A stretch of 43,773 bases of DNA from Patescibacteria group bacterium (GTDB lineage: Bacteria; Patescibacteriota; Patescibacteriia; Patescibacteriales; UBA12075). Below the pieces are notes generated by a model. The model was not told the DNA's origin, ran no database searches, and was given only the letters and a program-made list of their open reading frames with translations. Made by a program: the position numbers and the translations under genes. This document shows, piece after piece, positions 33,051-41,572 of this stretch (positions are counted from its first letter, which is position 1; every line of letters starts with the position of its first letter). The stretch lies in NCBI GenBank assembly GCA_022705905.1, contig JAKJDO010000005.1:1-43773 (forward strand), written 5' to 3'.

Positions 33051-35357
33051 ATGCACTCAAAAAACTTTAAAAAGGAGCTTTATTCCTATGCTCTTTTTTC
33101 CGTTTTTTCTGTTTTAGCGCTTGCTATTGTTAGTATTTCGGCAGTTGATTTAGAAAGATCATTCAATAATCCAGTTAAAGCAGAAACGGTAACTAAATTA
33201 TGGATTGGCGATGCTTTGGGGTATATAAAGAGTTGTAGCGCCAATGCTTCTTGCACTAGTCATGGTCAAATCGGTTCTCAAATTTTGGGCATGGGGTATT
33301 TTAATAATAGGGTATGGATCAGTGAACTAACGGGTATAGTTTTAGTCTGTGATTATGCGGGGAGCTGTGCTAGCTTAGGAGATCAGGGGACGTTTGCTTA
33401 CAACATGGCAGAGTTCAATAATAGAATTTGGATAGGGGAAAATGACGGCACTTTGATTGCCTGTGATACTAACAGCTGCACGAGTTACGGAGATAAAGGA
33501 GCGGGTATAAATGGTATTGCCGTTTTTGATAATAAGCTTTGGATTGGCCAAAACGACGGTAAGTTGCAGTCTTGCGATTCATCTGGCGAGTGTATTGATT
33601 ATGGCACAAAATCTTCTGCTGCTTCTTATGCTAATCGGCTGACTGGCATTATTTCGATAGAAACTTTTGCGGACAAGCTTTGGCTTTGTGCGGAAACAGG
33701 GGAGCTTAAGGCTTGTGATGCGACAGGGGAGTGTACGAACCATGGAGATAGAGGATATCAATGGAGTCGGATGTCTGTTTTTAATGAAAAACTTTGGTTT
33801 ATCACTCAAGACGGTTATTTACAATCATGTGATTCAGAAGGGTCCTGCACTAATTATGGGCAAAAAGCAACTAGCACAACTAATTTTGCTATAGCTACTT
33901 ATGAAAATAAACTTTGGCTTGGTTTAAGTTCTCATCTCTATTCTTGCGACAGTTCAGGAAACTGCACTGATCATGGCGATCAAGGAGGGATTGCTATTGA
34001 AGACATGGTTTCAGCTAGCTTAGATAGTAGCGCGAGCCAAAGCTCGGAAGGCTCAGTGCCAAACAGTTGTACCGATTCCGATAATGGTAAAAATTACGAA
34101 GTAAAGGGCTACATACTGCGAGGTTTCAAATACTCTGAAGATACTTGCTCTGACGCCTACTACCTACTTGAGTATCATTGCTATTTAGACGGACTAAATG
34201 GTAAACATTATTCTTATTATCGTTGTCCGAATGGTTGTAAAAACGGAACATGCATACCTGACTCCAATTCGACGTCTAATAATACAGCTTCAAGTACCTC
34301 AAGTACCAATAATGTCAGCAGCACAACGTCAAATATTTCTACTAGCACATCCAGTAGCGACTTAAGCAGTTCAACAGATCAATCGAATATATCAACCAGC
34401 ACCGAGAAAAAAGTAATGATATGTCATATTCCGCCAGGAAATGAAGACAATAAAAAAACTATAGAAGTCGGAGAATCTGCTGTACGGGCCTTATTGGATC
34501 AAGGTAGCTACTTAGGTAAATGTATCGAAGAGCAAGAAGATACGGCTACCAGCACCGTCGATAATTCAGATGATAGAAAAAATAAAATTAAAAATAAAGA
34601 CCAGGAGATAGTTCAAATAGAGGAAAAAGCCAGAAACTTGTTAGCTAATAAAATAGATGATTTACTCTTCGCCATAAAGGAGTCGAGAGATCGAATGGCT
34701 GAACAACAAATAGAAAAAAAATATTTAGCTAGATTGAAAGTAGGTGTTGGCAATTTATCAGAGAATTTAGAGACAGCCATTAATAGTTTTATTACTTATG
34801 GAATAGATGAAAATACTAAAAAATTAGGTGCGGGAGAAAGAGCTGCTGTAATGTATTCTTATAAGGAGGCTTACGGGAAGCTTCCGGAGACTGAGGTTGA
34901 AATGTCCGACGCCATAAAAATTGCTAACGGTCGTTGGCCAATTTTAGCCAACGAAGAAGCAGAAAAACGAGCCAAGGAGGAATTCAGAAAAGTTTATAAA
35001 CATGTTGCCGACATGAATGACCCGAAAGATAATGCCGCCGTGACTATTATGGCTTATGGTTTAAGACAAAGAGCAGAAAATCGTAATTTAGTCAGTGAAC
35101 AGCAAGGAATTAGTATTTATGAGAGCATTTATAACAAAGTCCCTAGTTCTACTGGCGAGTGGAACGTTATGCAAGCTATAACTTATTCTGGCGCTATGCG
35201 TGGAATAGATAGTGATAATGATTTATTAACTGACGAGCAGGAAGAAAAACTTGGCACCGATCCTAAAAAGGCCGATTCTGACGGTGATGGTTATAACGAC
35301 GGTATTGAATTTGAGAATGGGTATAATCCCAAAGGAGTGGGGAAAATAAAGTGGTAA
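33051..35357 (+). CDS. Mosaic secreted protein: seven Cys-paired repeats (putative beta-propeller), Cys-rich module, S/T linker, helical domain, TSP3-like tail
   Basis: Signal/TM N-terminus; 7 repeats of about 38 aa (LW..xxxG.L..CD..G.C...G); SCTDSDNGKNYEVKG; KVMICHIPPGN; DSDNDLLTDEQE..GTDPKKADSDGDG. Confidence 0.75.
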   Translation: MHSKNFKKELYSYALFSVFSVLALAIVSISAVDLERSFNNPVKAETVTKLWIGDALGYIKSCSANASCTSHGQIGSQILGMGYFNNRVWISELTGIVLVCDYAGSCASLGDQGTFAYNMAEFNNRIWIGENDGTLIACDTNSCTSYGDKGAGINGIAVFDNKLWIGQNDGKLQSCDSSGECIDYGTKSSAASYANRLTGIISIETFADKLWLCAETGELKACDATGECTNHGDRGYQWSRMSVFNEKLWFITQDGYLQSCDSEGSCTNYGQKATSTTNFAIATYENKLWLGLSSHLYSCDSSGNCTDHGDQGGIAIEDMVSASLDSSASQSSEGSVPNSCTDSDNGKNYEVKGYILRGFKYSEDTCSDAYYLLEYHCYLDGLNGKHYSYYRCPNGCKNGTCIPDSNSTSNNTASSTSSTNNVSSTTSNISTSTSSSDLSSSTDQSNISTSTEKKVMICHIPPGNEDNKKTIEVGESAVRALLDQGSYLGKCIEEQEDTATSTVDNSDDRKNKIKNKDQEIVQIEEKARNLLANKIDDLLFAIKESRDRMAEQQIEKKYLARLKVGVGNLSENLETAINSFITYGIDENTKKLGAGERAAVMYSYKEAYGKLPETEVEMSDAIKIANGRWPILANEEAEKRAKEEFRKVYKHVADMNDPKDNAAVTIMAYGLRQRAENRNLVSEQQGISIYESIYNKVPSSTGEWNVMQAITYSGAMRGIDSDNDLLTDEQEEKLGTDPKKADSDGDGYNDGIEFENGYNPKGVGKIKW

Positions 35358-35375
35358 TCTAAAATACAAAACAAC

Positions 35376-35407
35376 AAAAGACCGCTCCTAGCCAGGAGCG
35401 GTCTTTT
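35376..35407 (+). terminator. Intrinsic terminator
   Basis: Perfect 14-bp stem AAAAGACCGCTCCT-agcc-AGGAGCGGTCTTTT. Confidence 0.85.
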
Positions 35408-35472
35408 AGGTTTGACACGATCTTGTTTTATTGATACTCTAGAAAAATATCAAAAAACGAAAGGAGAAGGGG

Positions 35473-36135
35473 ATGAACATATTAGCTCGTTACGTCCCTT
35501 TCTACAATGGGGACACCAAAAATTTGTTCTTTGCAACGGTTAAAAAATATTTTCCCATGAAAGCCCAATATTCCCGCGTTATGAATGAGCACGATGAAGT
35601 TGAGGCGGCTTTTAATGAAGCTGGTATTATTAGGTTCAGCGGTGAATCATATGTTACGCATCTGGAGAGAGTATCTCTGATCAACATAGACACTCGCGTT
35701 AGAAGCCGTGGACGATATAGCCTAAACTATACGGATGTAATATTTACCCTGCATCATGACACGCTAGAAGACCTTGAAGGTCTTAATGGCTATAATCTCG
35801 GTTTTTTCAAAAGGGAGTTTGGTGAAGATTTTGCCATTGATCTTTTGTCAGTTTCCAATACTAAGGTTGATGGTAGATTTTTTAAAGACAAGATGGCTGC
35901 CGAAGCAGACACCTATCGACGAGTGGTCGCCAGTCGGGTAAGGTCGCAAATTTGTAAATTATGTGATCGTCTCGATTTTTTTATCGACTATCATAGCGTA
36001 TCAAGAGAGGCGACAGACGATAAAATCGCCAAAACAAGGCTGTATTTAATGGATGTAGCGTGGAGACTTAACGTTTTGCCATGCGAGCTAGAAATGGCTA
36101 TGTTGATAGCCGAGGGGAGGGTGAAGCCCATTTAG
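35473..36135 (+). CDS. Stand-alone HD-domain protein, small alarmone hydrolase (SAH/Mesh1)-like
   Basis: RFSGESYVTHLERV, LHHDTLED and KLCDRL match the RelA/SpoT hydrolase motifs; AAGGAG SD; downstream hairpin at 36136-36170. Confidence 0.7.
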   Translation: MNILARYVPFYNGDTKNLFFATVKKYFPMKAQYSRVMNEHDEVEAAFNEAGIIRFSGESYVTHLERVSLINIDTRVRSRGRYSLNYTDVIFTLHHDTLEDLEGLNGYNLGFFKREFGEDFAIDLLSVSNTKVDGRFFKDKMAAEADTYRRVVASRVRSQICKLCDRLDFFIDYHSVSREATDDKIAKTRLYLMDVAWRLNVLPCELEMAMLIAEGRVKPI

Positions 36136-36252
36136 AAGCGGTGAGTCGTGCAAGGACTAGCCGCTTTTTTATTTTAGTAACATTTTTAAATTTACTGTGT
36201 ATTATATTATATAAGTCAAAAATTTTAATATTTTATTGATTAAACAAAAAAT

Positions 36253-37212
36253 ATGGCGAAAAAAAATTTTATCAATTTAATGGCTATTTTTGCTATTTTA
36301 TTAGTTAATTTTTGGGTCGCAAATATTGTTAAGGCAGAAGTTTCTACTGCTTGTCCAGATGAGATAAAAATTTATTATTATGATAGCGATGGTGATGGTT
36401 ATGGCAATGCCGCTATTTCGGTATTGGCCTGTACGACGCCAAAAAATTATGTGGCTAATAATTCTGATTGTGATGATGCCAACGCTGCAGTTAAACCAGG
36501 CGCGACAGAAGCATGCAATGGTATAGATGATAATTGTGATGGCGTAATTGATGAAAATTTAGCTACATTAACTTTTTACTTTGATTATGATCAAGACGGC
36601 TATGGCTCCGCTACAACTTCAACGGTCGCTTGTGCAGCACCTAGCGGTTATATTGCTACAAGTTCCGATTGTAATGATAACAATTTTTTAATTAATCCTG
36701 GAGTATTAGAAATTTGTGATGGAATTGATAATAATTGCGACGGCGTAATCGATGAAAATTGCCATACCATAGCTACTTCAACTTTTTATCTTGACGCTGA
36801 CGGCGATGGCTATGGCAGTTCAACCAGCAGTGTCGTTGCTACTAGCGCGCCAGCCGGCTATGTTTTAAACAATAAAGACTGCAACGACAATAACGCCAGT
36901 ATCTATCCTGGCGCCAAAGAACTGTGTGACAATATTGATAATAACTGTAACGGCAGAGTTGATGAGAGATGCAGCGCAAGTTATATCTATCCTTGCGGTA
37001 ATTTAAAATTATACAGAAATCACGGCGCTTATGTTAGCTGCGTGGCTCATTGGACTAACCAATTGAGAAAACAGCGCATGATCAGCGATCAGGAGAAAAT
37101 TCAGTTAAGAAGAGAAGCGGCTATTAAAAAATTTGAAGATAGTTGGAATAAATTATGGAATAACTTTCAGCAGAAAATAAATAATATAAAAGAAAAAGGT
37201 AAAAATAAATAA
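36253..37212 (+). CDS. Secreted protein with three putative metal-binding (MopE-like) repeats
   Basis: Signal peptide; three repeats of YxDxDxDGYG...DC(D/N)DxN....PG..ExC(D/N)xIDNNCxGx(I/V)DE. Confidence 0.85.
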   Translation: MAKKNFINLMAIFAILLVNFWVANIVKAEVSTACPDEIKIYYYDSDGDGYGNAAISVLACTTPKNYVANNSDCDDANAAVKPGATEACNGIDDNCDGVIDENLATLTFYFDYDQDGYGSATTSTVACAAPSGYIATSSDCNDNNFLINPGVLEICDGIDNNCDGVIDENCHTIATSTFYLDADGDGYGSSTSSVVATSAPAGYVLNNKDCNDNNASIYPGAKELCDNIDNNCNGRVDERCSASYIYPCGNLKLYRNHGAYVSCVAHWTNQLRKQRMISDQEKIQLRREAAIKKFEDSWNKLWNNFQQKINNIKEKGKNK

Positions 37213-37234
37213 AAGTTTTAATTGGGAAAACGAG

Positions 37235-37273
37235 AGGCGGCTTAATGGCATTATGTTATTGGGCCGTCTTTTT
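37235..37273 (+). terminator. Intrinsic terminator
   Basis: AGGCGGCTTAAT / ATTGGGCCGTCT stem followed by a T tract. Confidence 0.65.
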
Positions 37274-37352
37274 GAAGCTTGAAAAAATACGTGATTTTTT
37301 GTAAAGTATATCAAGTAACAAAAGGCGTTATTTGGTGTATAATATTATAGAA

Positions 37353-37853
37353 ATGGGCGATAAAAAAAAGGAAAAGCTATTTATTAGTAATTATAACCAG
37401 TATAAAAATAAAATATATACTTACTTTTTGTATCGCGTGAATTTTAACGAGGCATTGGCTGAAGATTTGACTTCCGAAGCATTTTTAAAAGCATATAAAA
37501 GTTGGGAGAGTTTTGACTGCGAGCGTTCTTTCCAGTCGTGGATTTACGCTATTAGCCACAATCATTTGTTGAATCACTATCGCACGGTTGGCAGAGAAGT
37601 CAGTACGGAAGAAACTAATGATATAGCGACTGAATTTAAGAATAATCTAGAGGCGAGTATTGAGCTAGAAAGAATTATAACCGAGATTTACAAAATGGAC
37701 AATTACTGCCGCGAAGTTCTACTGCTTCGATTTGTAGACGGGCTGGAAAACAAAGAAATTGCTGATTTATTGGCGAAAGACGAGAGCGCAGTTAGGACTC
37801 AAATGAGTAGGGCACTGGCATCATTGAGAGATAAATTAAACTTGAATTTATGA
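37353..37853 (+). CDS. ECF-family RNA polymerase sigma factor
   Basis: Region 2 (AEDLTSEAFLKAY..FQSWIYAISHN..LNHYR) and region 4 (EVLLLRFVDGLENKEIADLL..AVRTQMSRAL). The ATG at 37353 is preferred; a TGTATAAT extended -10 lies just upstream. Confidence 0.92.
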   Translation: MGDKKKEKLFISNYNQYKNKIYTYFLYRVNFNEALAEDLTSEAFLKAYKSWESFDCERSFQSWIYAISHNHLLNHYRTVGREVSTEETNDIATEFKNNLEASIELERIITEIYKMDNYCREVLLLRFVDGLENKEIADLLAKDESAVRTQMSRALASLRDKLNLNL

Positions 37854-39004
37854 CAAACATTGAAGACCAATTGAATAAATTACCCAAAGGAAGATTGGGT
37901 CTTAAAGCAGATTGGCGTTTGCGTTTTGTTTTTTTAAGATTAAGGTGGCAAAAAAGATTTACCGAATATAGCTCTTTGTTAGTTATCAAGAAGATGGCGC
38001 CAGTTGTCATTGTGGCTGCTTTATTGTTGTCGTTGGTGTATTTACCTTACTATGCTTATGCCAGCGAAGGCGTTGTTAAGGGTAATATTTTATACCCAAT
38101 AAAACAAAGCATAGAAAAAATTGAATTAAGTTTAGCAGATACACCAGCTAAAAAAATAGAAGTTTACACAAAGTTGGCAGAGCGGCGCTTAGCAGAGGCT
38201 GAAAAATTGAGCGAGAAAGATTCTAAAACTGCCAATGACAACTTAGCATCTACGATTGATAATATGGCAGTTTTAACCGTAGAAGCTAGAGCGGAGATTG
38301 AGAATGAATTAAATTTAGAAAAAAAGGAGTGGGCAATCAACAAAATTGCACAGATAAAAGAACGGCAATTGGAAAAAATGGAAAAAATTGCTAATAGATT
38401 CGGGCTTCAGGCTAGCGACAACTTGCTTGATAGCTTAGCGTTAAATATTGACGATCTCAAAAAAGATAAACAAGAAAAAAATGATTTTACTCGCATTTTA
38501 TCTGAAGTAAGAGTCTCAACCACCACAAAAGATTATAGACTATTTTCGCAAATTAAAACAGAAATCTCAGGTTTAGCCACTGTTTCAACATCTACCGTTA
38601 TTATTGCCAAGCCAGGCAGTGCTAGTATAAAAATCGATCAAACAATTATAGCTGAATCTTGGGATAATGCCAACGATCAGATAGCCGCCCTCAAAGAAAG
38701 TTTATTAGCCCAAGGTGTTAGTGAAAATGAATTTAATAATTTATTTAATAAGTTAGATGACAGATTGAATAAAGCCCAAGACTCTATAAACTCGGGAAAT
38801 TTTATGCAAGCTGACGGCCTGATAAAATCTACGGAGGCTTTAAGCAATAACGCTAAACATTTTTTAAAATTTAATAATAAAGCAACCGGCAATATTTGGC
38901 AGGCCACCTCTTCTCCGAATCAAGCGACTAGCTCAATTAACAATTGGCGCAATGAAATAGAAAAAAGAATAAAAGATATGAGAGGACGCAGCAATAATCG
39001 GTAA
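37850..39004 (+). CDS. DUF5667-like single-TM protein, putative anti-sigma factor
   Basis: ATGA overlap with the sigma gene; TM helix then GNILYPIKQSIEKIELSL..KIEVYTKLAERRLAEA. Confidence 0.65.
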   Translation: MTNIEDQLNKLPKGRLGLKADWRLRFVFLRLRWQKRFTEYSSLLVIKKMAPVVIVAALLLSLVYLPYYAYASEGVVKGNILYPIKQSIEKIELSLADTPAKKIEVYTKLAERRLAEAEKLSEKDSKTANDNLASTIDNMAVLTVEARAEIENELNLEKKEWAINKIAQIKERQLEKMEKIANRFGLQASDNLLDSLALNIDDLKKDKQEKNDFTRILSEVRVSTTTKDYRLFSQIKTEISGLATVSTSTVIIAKPGSASIKIDQTIIAESWDNANDQIAALKESLLAQGVSENEFNNLFNKLDDRLNKAQDSINSGNFMQADGLIKSTEALSNNAKHFLKFNNKATGNIWQATSSPNQATSSINNWRNEIEKRIKDMRGRSNNR

Positions 39005-39074
39005 AAACAAACTATTGTCTAATAATAAAAAAAAGTGATAAAGTGAGAGTAAGAAGGGCTCTCACTTTGTTTAT

Positions 39075-39887
39075 ATGAAAATAAAGACAAAAATTATATC
39101 AGCGTCCGTGTTTTCGATATTAGTAATTTTTGGGTTTATCGAATACACGACTGTTAATGATCGACAAATTTTTTTGCCTCCGGCGGATAAAAAAGAAGAA
39201 CAAGAAACAAAGAAGAAAATCGTCGAAATCCAAGCGCCAAAAATATTGCCGCCGTCGACAGATGATTTTAGAAATGACTTCAAGGGAGAAATTCGGGGTA
39301 CTTCGAGTACTATTTTATTGGACGTGCCGTTTACCTCGCAGGCCCCTTTTGGTGAGTGGGATGATCCTAGACAGCAAGACGGTTGTGAAGAGGCGTCAGT
39401 ATTGATGGCAATAGCTTGGGCAAGAGAAGAAGAATTGAACAAAGAAAATGCCAAAAAAGAAATATTAGCTATCGCTGAATATGAAAAAAATAAATACGGC
39501 AGTTTTGTTGATACTGACGTGCATGATACTGTAGACCGGATAATCCTTGGTTATTTTGGCTATGAAAAATCTAAAGCAATAGAGAATATTACTTTAGACA
39601 ATATCAAGGCCGAATTATACAAAGGCAATTTAGTTTTAGTTCCTTGTAACGGCCGTAAACTTGGCAACCCCAATTATACCCCGCCTGGTCCGGAACGGCA
39701 TATGCTTGTTATCCGCGGCTATGACCCTATAAAAAAAGAATTTATTACGAATGATGCTGGTACGCGCAAAGGCGAAGGTTATAGATATCAAGACGATGTT
39801 TTATATAAAGCAATAGTTAATTATCCAACCGGAGAACATATTCCAATAAAAGAAGAAAAGAAAGCAATGATTGTAGTTTGGAGATAG
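39075..39887 (+). CDS. Membrane-anchored peptidase C39-like protein
   Basis: LDVPFTSQAP, QQDGCEEAS (Cys), HMLVIRGYD (His/Asp) and FITND motifs; N-terminal TM helix. Confidence 0.85.
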   Translation: MKIKTKIISASVFSILVIFGFIEYTTVNDRQIFLPPADKKEEQETKKKIVEIQAPKILPPSTDDFRNDFKGEIRGTSSTILLDVPFTSQAPFGEWDDPRQQDGCEEASVLMAIAWAREEELNKENAKKEILAIAEYEKNKYGSFVDTDVHDTVDRIILGYFGYEKSKAIENITLDNIKAELYKGNLVLVPCNGRKLGNPNYTPPGPERHMLVIRGYDPIKKEFITNDAGTRKGEGYRYQDDVLYKAIVNYPTGEHIPIKEEKKAMIVVWR

Positions 39888-39948
39888 GGCTTGAAAAATA
39901 GTAGGCAATAATTTAAAATAATTTAACTATCTTAAAAGGAGGTGGCGC

Positions 39949-40098
39949 ATGGCATATCACAATCTCGAGAAGTCGTTTTTTTATCGTCTGGAGATGTTTG
40001 CCAGGTACATGAGATTGCTTTGTCGTGAAATTGAAAACAGGCTGATGTCTCGGCAGATCAGTGCGCGCTGCCCCGACGATCATGGGGATTTCTTTTAG
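39949..40098 (+). CDS. Small hypothetical protein (49 aa)
   Basis: Manual translation: MAYHNLEKSFFYRLEMFARYMRLLCREIENRLMSRQISARCPDDHGDFF*. AAGGAGGTG SD at 39936-39944; TTGAAA-17 bp-TAAAAT upstream. Confidence 0.6.
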   Translation: MAYHNLEKSFFYRLEMFARYMRLLCREIENRLMSRQISARCPDDHGDFF

Positions 40099-40114
40099 CC
40101 CCCAGCTGTGACGA

Positions 40115-40158
40115 AGGCCGAGCCCATTTACATTAACACTTGGGCTCGGCCTCTTTTT
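40115..40158. terminator. Terminator hairpin between two convergent small ORFs
   Basis: Perfect 12-bp stem AGGCCGAGCCCA (40115-40126) / TGGGCTCGGCCT (40141-40152) followed by a T tract. Confidence 0.8.
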
Positions 40159-40343
40159 TAGAACACCCTGTCATCATTTTTTAACTTTGGCAGAAATACT
40201 CCGATGGACGGATCACATGTTCTTATGTAATCTATTGTTTCGGAAATAATCAGATCAGATCTGGGAGAGAGGCATAAACAGACTCGTTGGATTTCTGCAA
40301 TTATTTTTACCATGTTTATGTCTTTGATGTCTGGGGTTTCCAT
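40158..40343 (-). CDS. Small hypothetical protein (61 aa)
   Basis: GAGGAGGT SD precedes the ATG at 40343 (METPDIKD...), so this start is preferred over 40388. Confidence 0.55.
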   Translation of the reverse strand: METPDIKDINMVKIIAEIQRVCLCLSPRSDLIISETIDYIRTCDPSIGVFLPKLKNDDRVF

Positions 40344-40416
40344 CGCAACCTCCTCTTTATTTAATATGGACAAAATTAAACTAGCCATTTAGCTAGCTTA
40401 ATTTTTTATTTTAAAA

Positions 40417-40659
40417 TTATTTTTTTCGCATCTTGCTGATACCAATGGCAGCGGCGATTAAGGCAGCTGCGCCAGCTACGCCAGCAACTACTTGTTTTTT
40501 AGTCTTGTCGTCGACTTTATCATATTTCTTTTTAGCTTCCTTAGCTAAATTAACCAGTTCATCAGTTACTCTTTTGATCTCAATAGCAATCTGATCGGTT
40601 GGTTTTTTATTTTTGTTTGGCGTCCTGGCGTTTTTTGCGTTAGTTTTTTTAGTAGGCAT
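40417..40659 (-). CDS. Small Lys-rich protein with C-terminal hydrophobic helix
   Basis: 80-aa ORF; basic N-terminus and a VVAGVAGAAALIAAAIG segment. Confidence 0.7.
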   Translation of the reverse strand: MPTKKTNAKNARTPNKNKKPTDQIAIEIKRVTDELVNLAKEAKKKYDKVDDKTKKQVVAGVAGAAALIAAAIGISKMRKK

Positions 40660-40792
40660 AAGTTTTATAATTGAATTATTCTCTAATATAATTATAATAC
40701 AAATTTTATTAAAATTAAATGAGTGTTTGTATTTTTCTAAAAATAGTGATAATCTTAAATATTATTTGATTTTATAGGGGAAGGAGAAGAAA

Positions 40793-41470
40793 ATGGAAGA
40801 CCAGGGCAACAGCCGCATAGTTAATTGTCTTGATGAAGGTATCTTAATATCGCTTGAAGAGGGGGATGTTTCTTTTGAAGAGTATGCCAAGATCGTTGAT
40901 CATTGCATGTCATGCAGAATCTGCGCTCAAGTATTTGCAGGTAGGGAGCGGGAAATTAGAGGACGGCGTCCGCAAGCAGTTCCCATCTTTGCCCTGAATG
41001 CTCCGTCGAGGTTCGGTTGTTTGACGGTTGAAGAAATTGTTCATTTTAAATCAAATCACCAACGAATGTCAAAAATCTACACCGATTATGTTGTTACGCA
41101 TAGTTGCTCATGTCCAAGGTGTTATGAAATAAGCTATCAATTGAAAGGTTTTGAGGCCAGCGATGACATGGACCACTCCTTTGTTTGTATACCTTTACGT
41201 TCCGTGGTGAACGATTTAATGCTGAAGCAGATTGTAGGAGATGATGGCTTTAGATCTATATGCTTAGATTTGGAATGCGAGATGTACGAACTTTTTGGTA
41301 AAAAAATCGAAATCGTTGATTTTTGCGATTATGCTTACCAAATAGGCGTTACCGAATCTAAGGCTGTGCTATTGGATTATCGTGGAAGTGATGTTGCTGG
41401 TAAGCGATTTCGAGTGAGCCTTGTTGAATATGAGGAGGGGGCATATTGCGAAGACATATCTTCATTCTGA
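40793..41470 (+). CDS. Hypothetical protein with two HxxxCxxC (zinc anti-sigma-like) motifs
   Basis: HCMSCRIC and HSCSCPRC, each preceded by a similar helix; AAGGAG SD; downstream hairpin at 41485-41509. Confidence 0.65.
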   Translation: MEDQGNSRIVNCLDEGILISLEEGDVSFEEYAKIVDHCMSCRICAQVFAGREREIRGRRPQAVPIFALNAPSRFGCLTVEEIVHFKSNHQRMSKIYTDYVVTHSCSCPRCYEISYQLKGFEASDDMDHSFVCIPLRSVVNDLMLKQIVGDDGFRSICLDLECEMYELFGKKIEIVDFCDYAYQIGVTESKAVLLDYRGSDVAGKRFRVSLVEYEEGAYCEDISSF

Positions 41471-41516
41471 CAGACGATTGGTTAGGGCCGAGTCTTTAAT
41501 GATCGGCCTTTTCTTT

Positions 41517-41545
41517 TTGACATTTGCTTTAATTTAGGCTAAAAT
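41517..41545 (+). promoter_or_regulatory. Sigma70-type promoter for ileS
   Basis: TTGACA-17 bp-TAAAAT. Confidence 0.7.
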
Positions 41546-41572
41546 TATAGCCATAATGACTAATTTTTATTT

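Noticed and set aside
39130-39454. Alternative-frame and antisense ORFs within the C39 peptidase gene
   Set aside because: Shadows of a well-supported CDS.
31319-41470. Integrative element or prophage inserted at tRNA-Pro
   Set aside because: No integrase or phage genes, and I found no duplicate of the tRNA 3' end at the other border.
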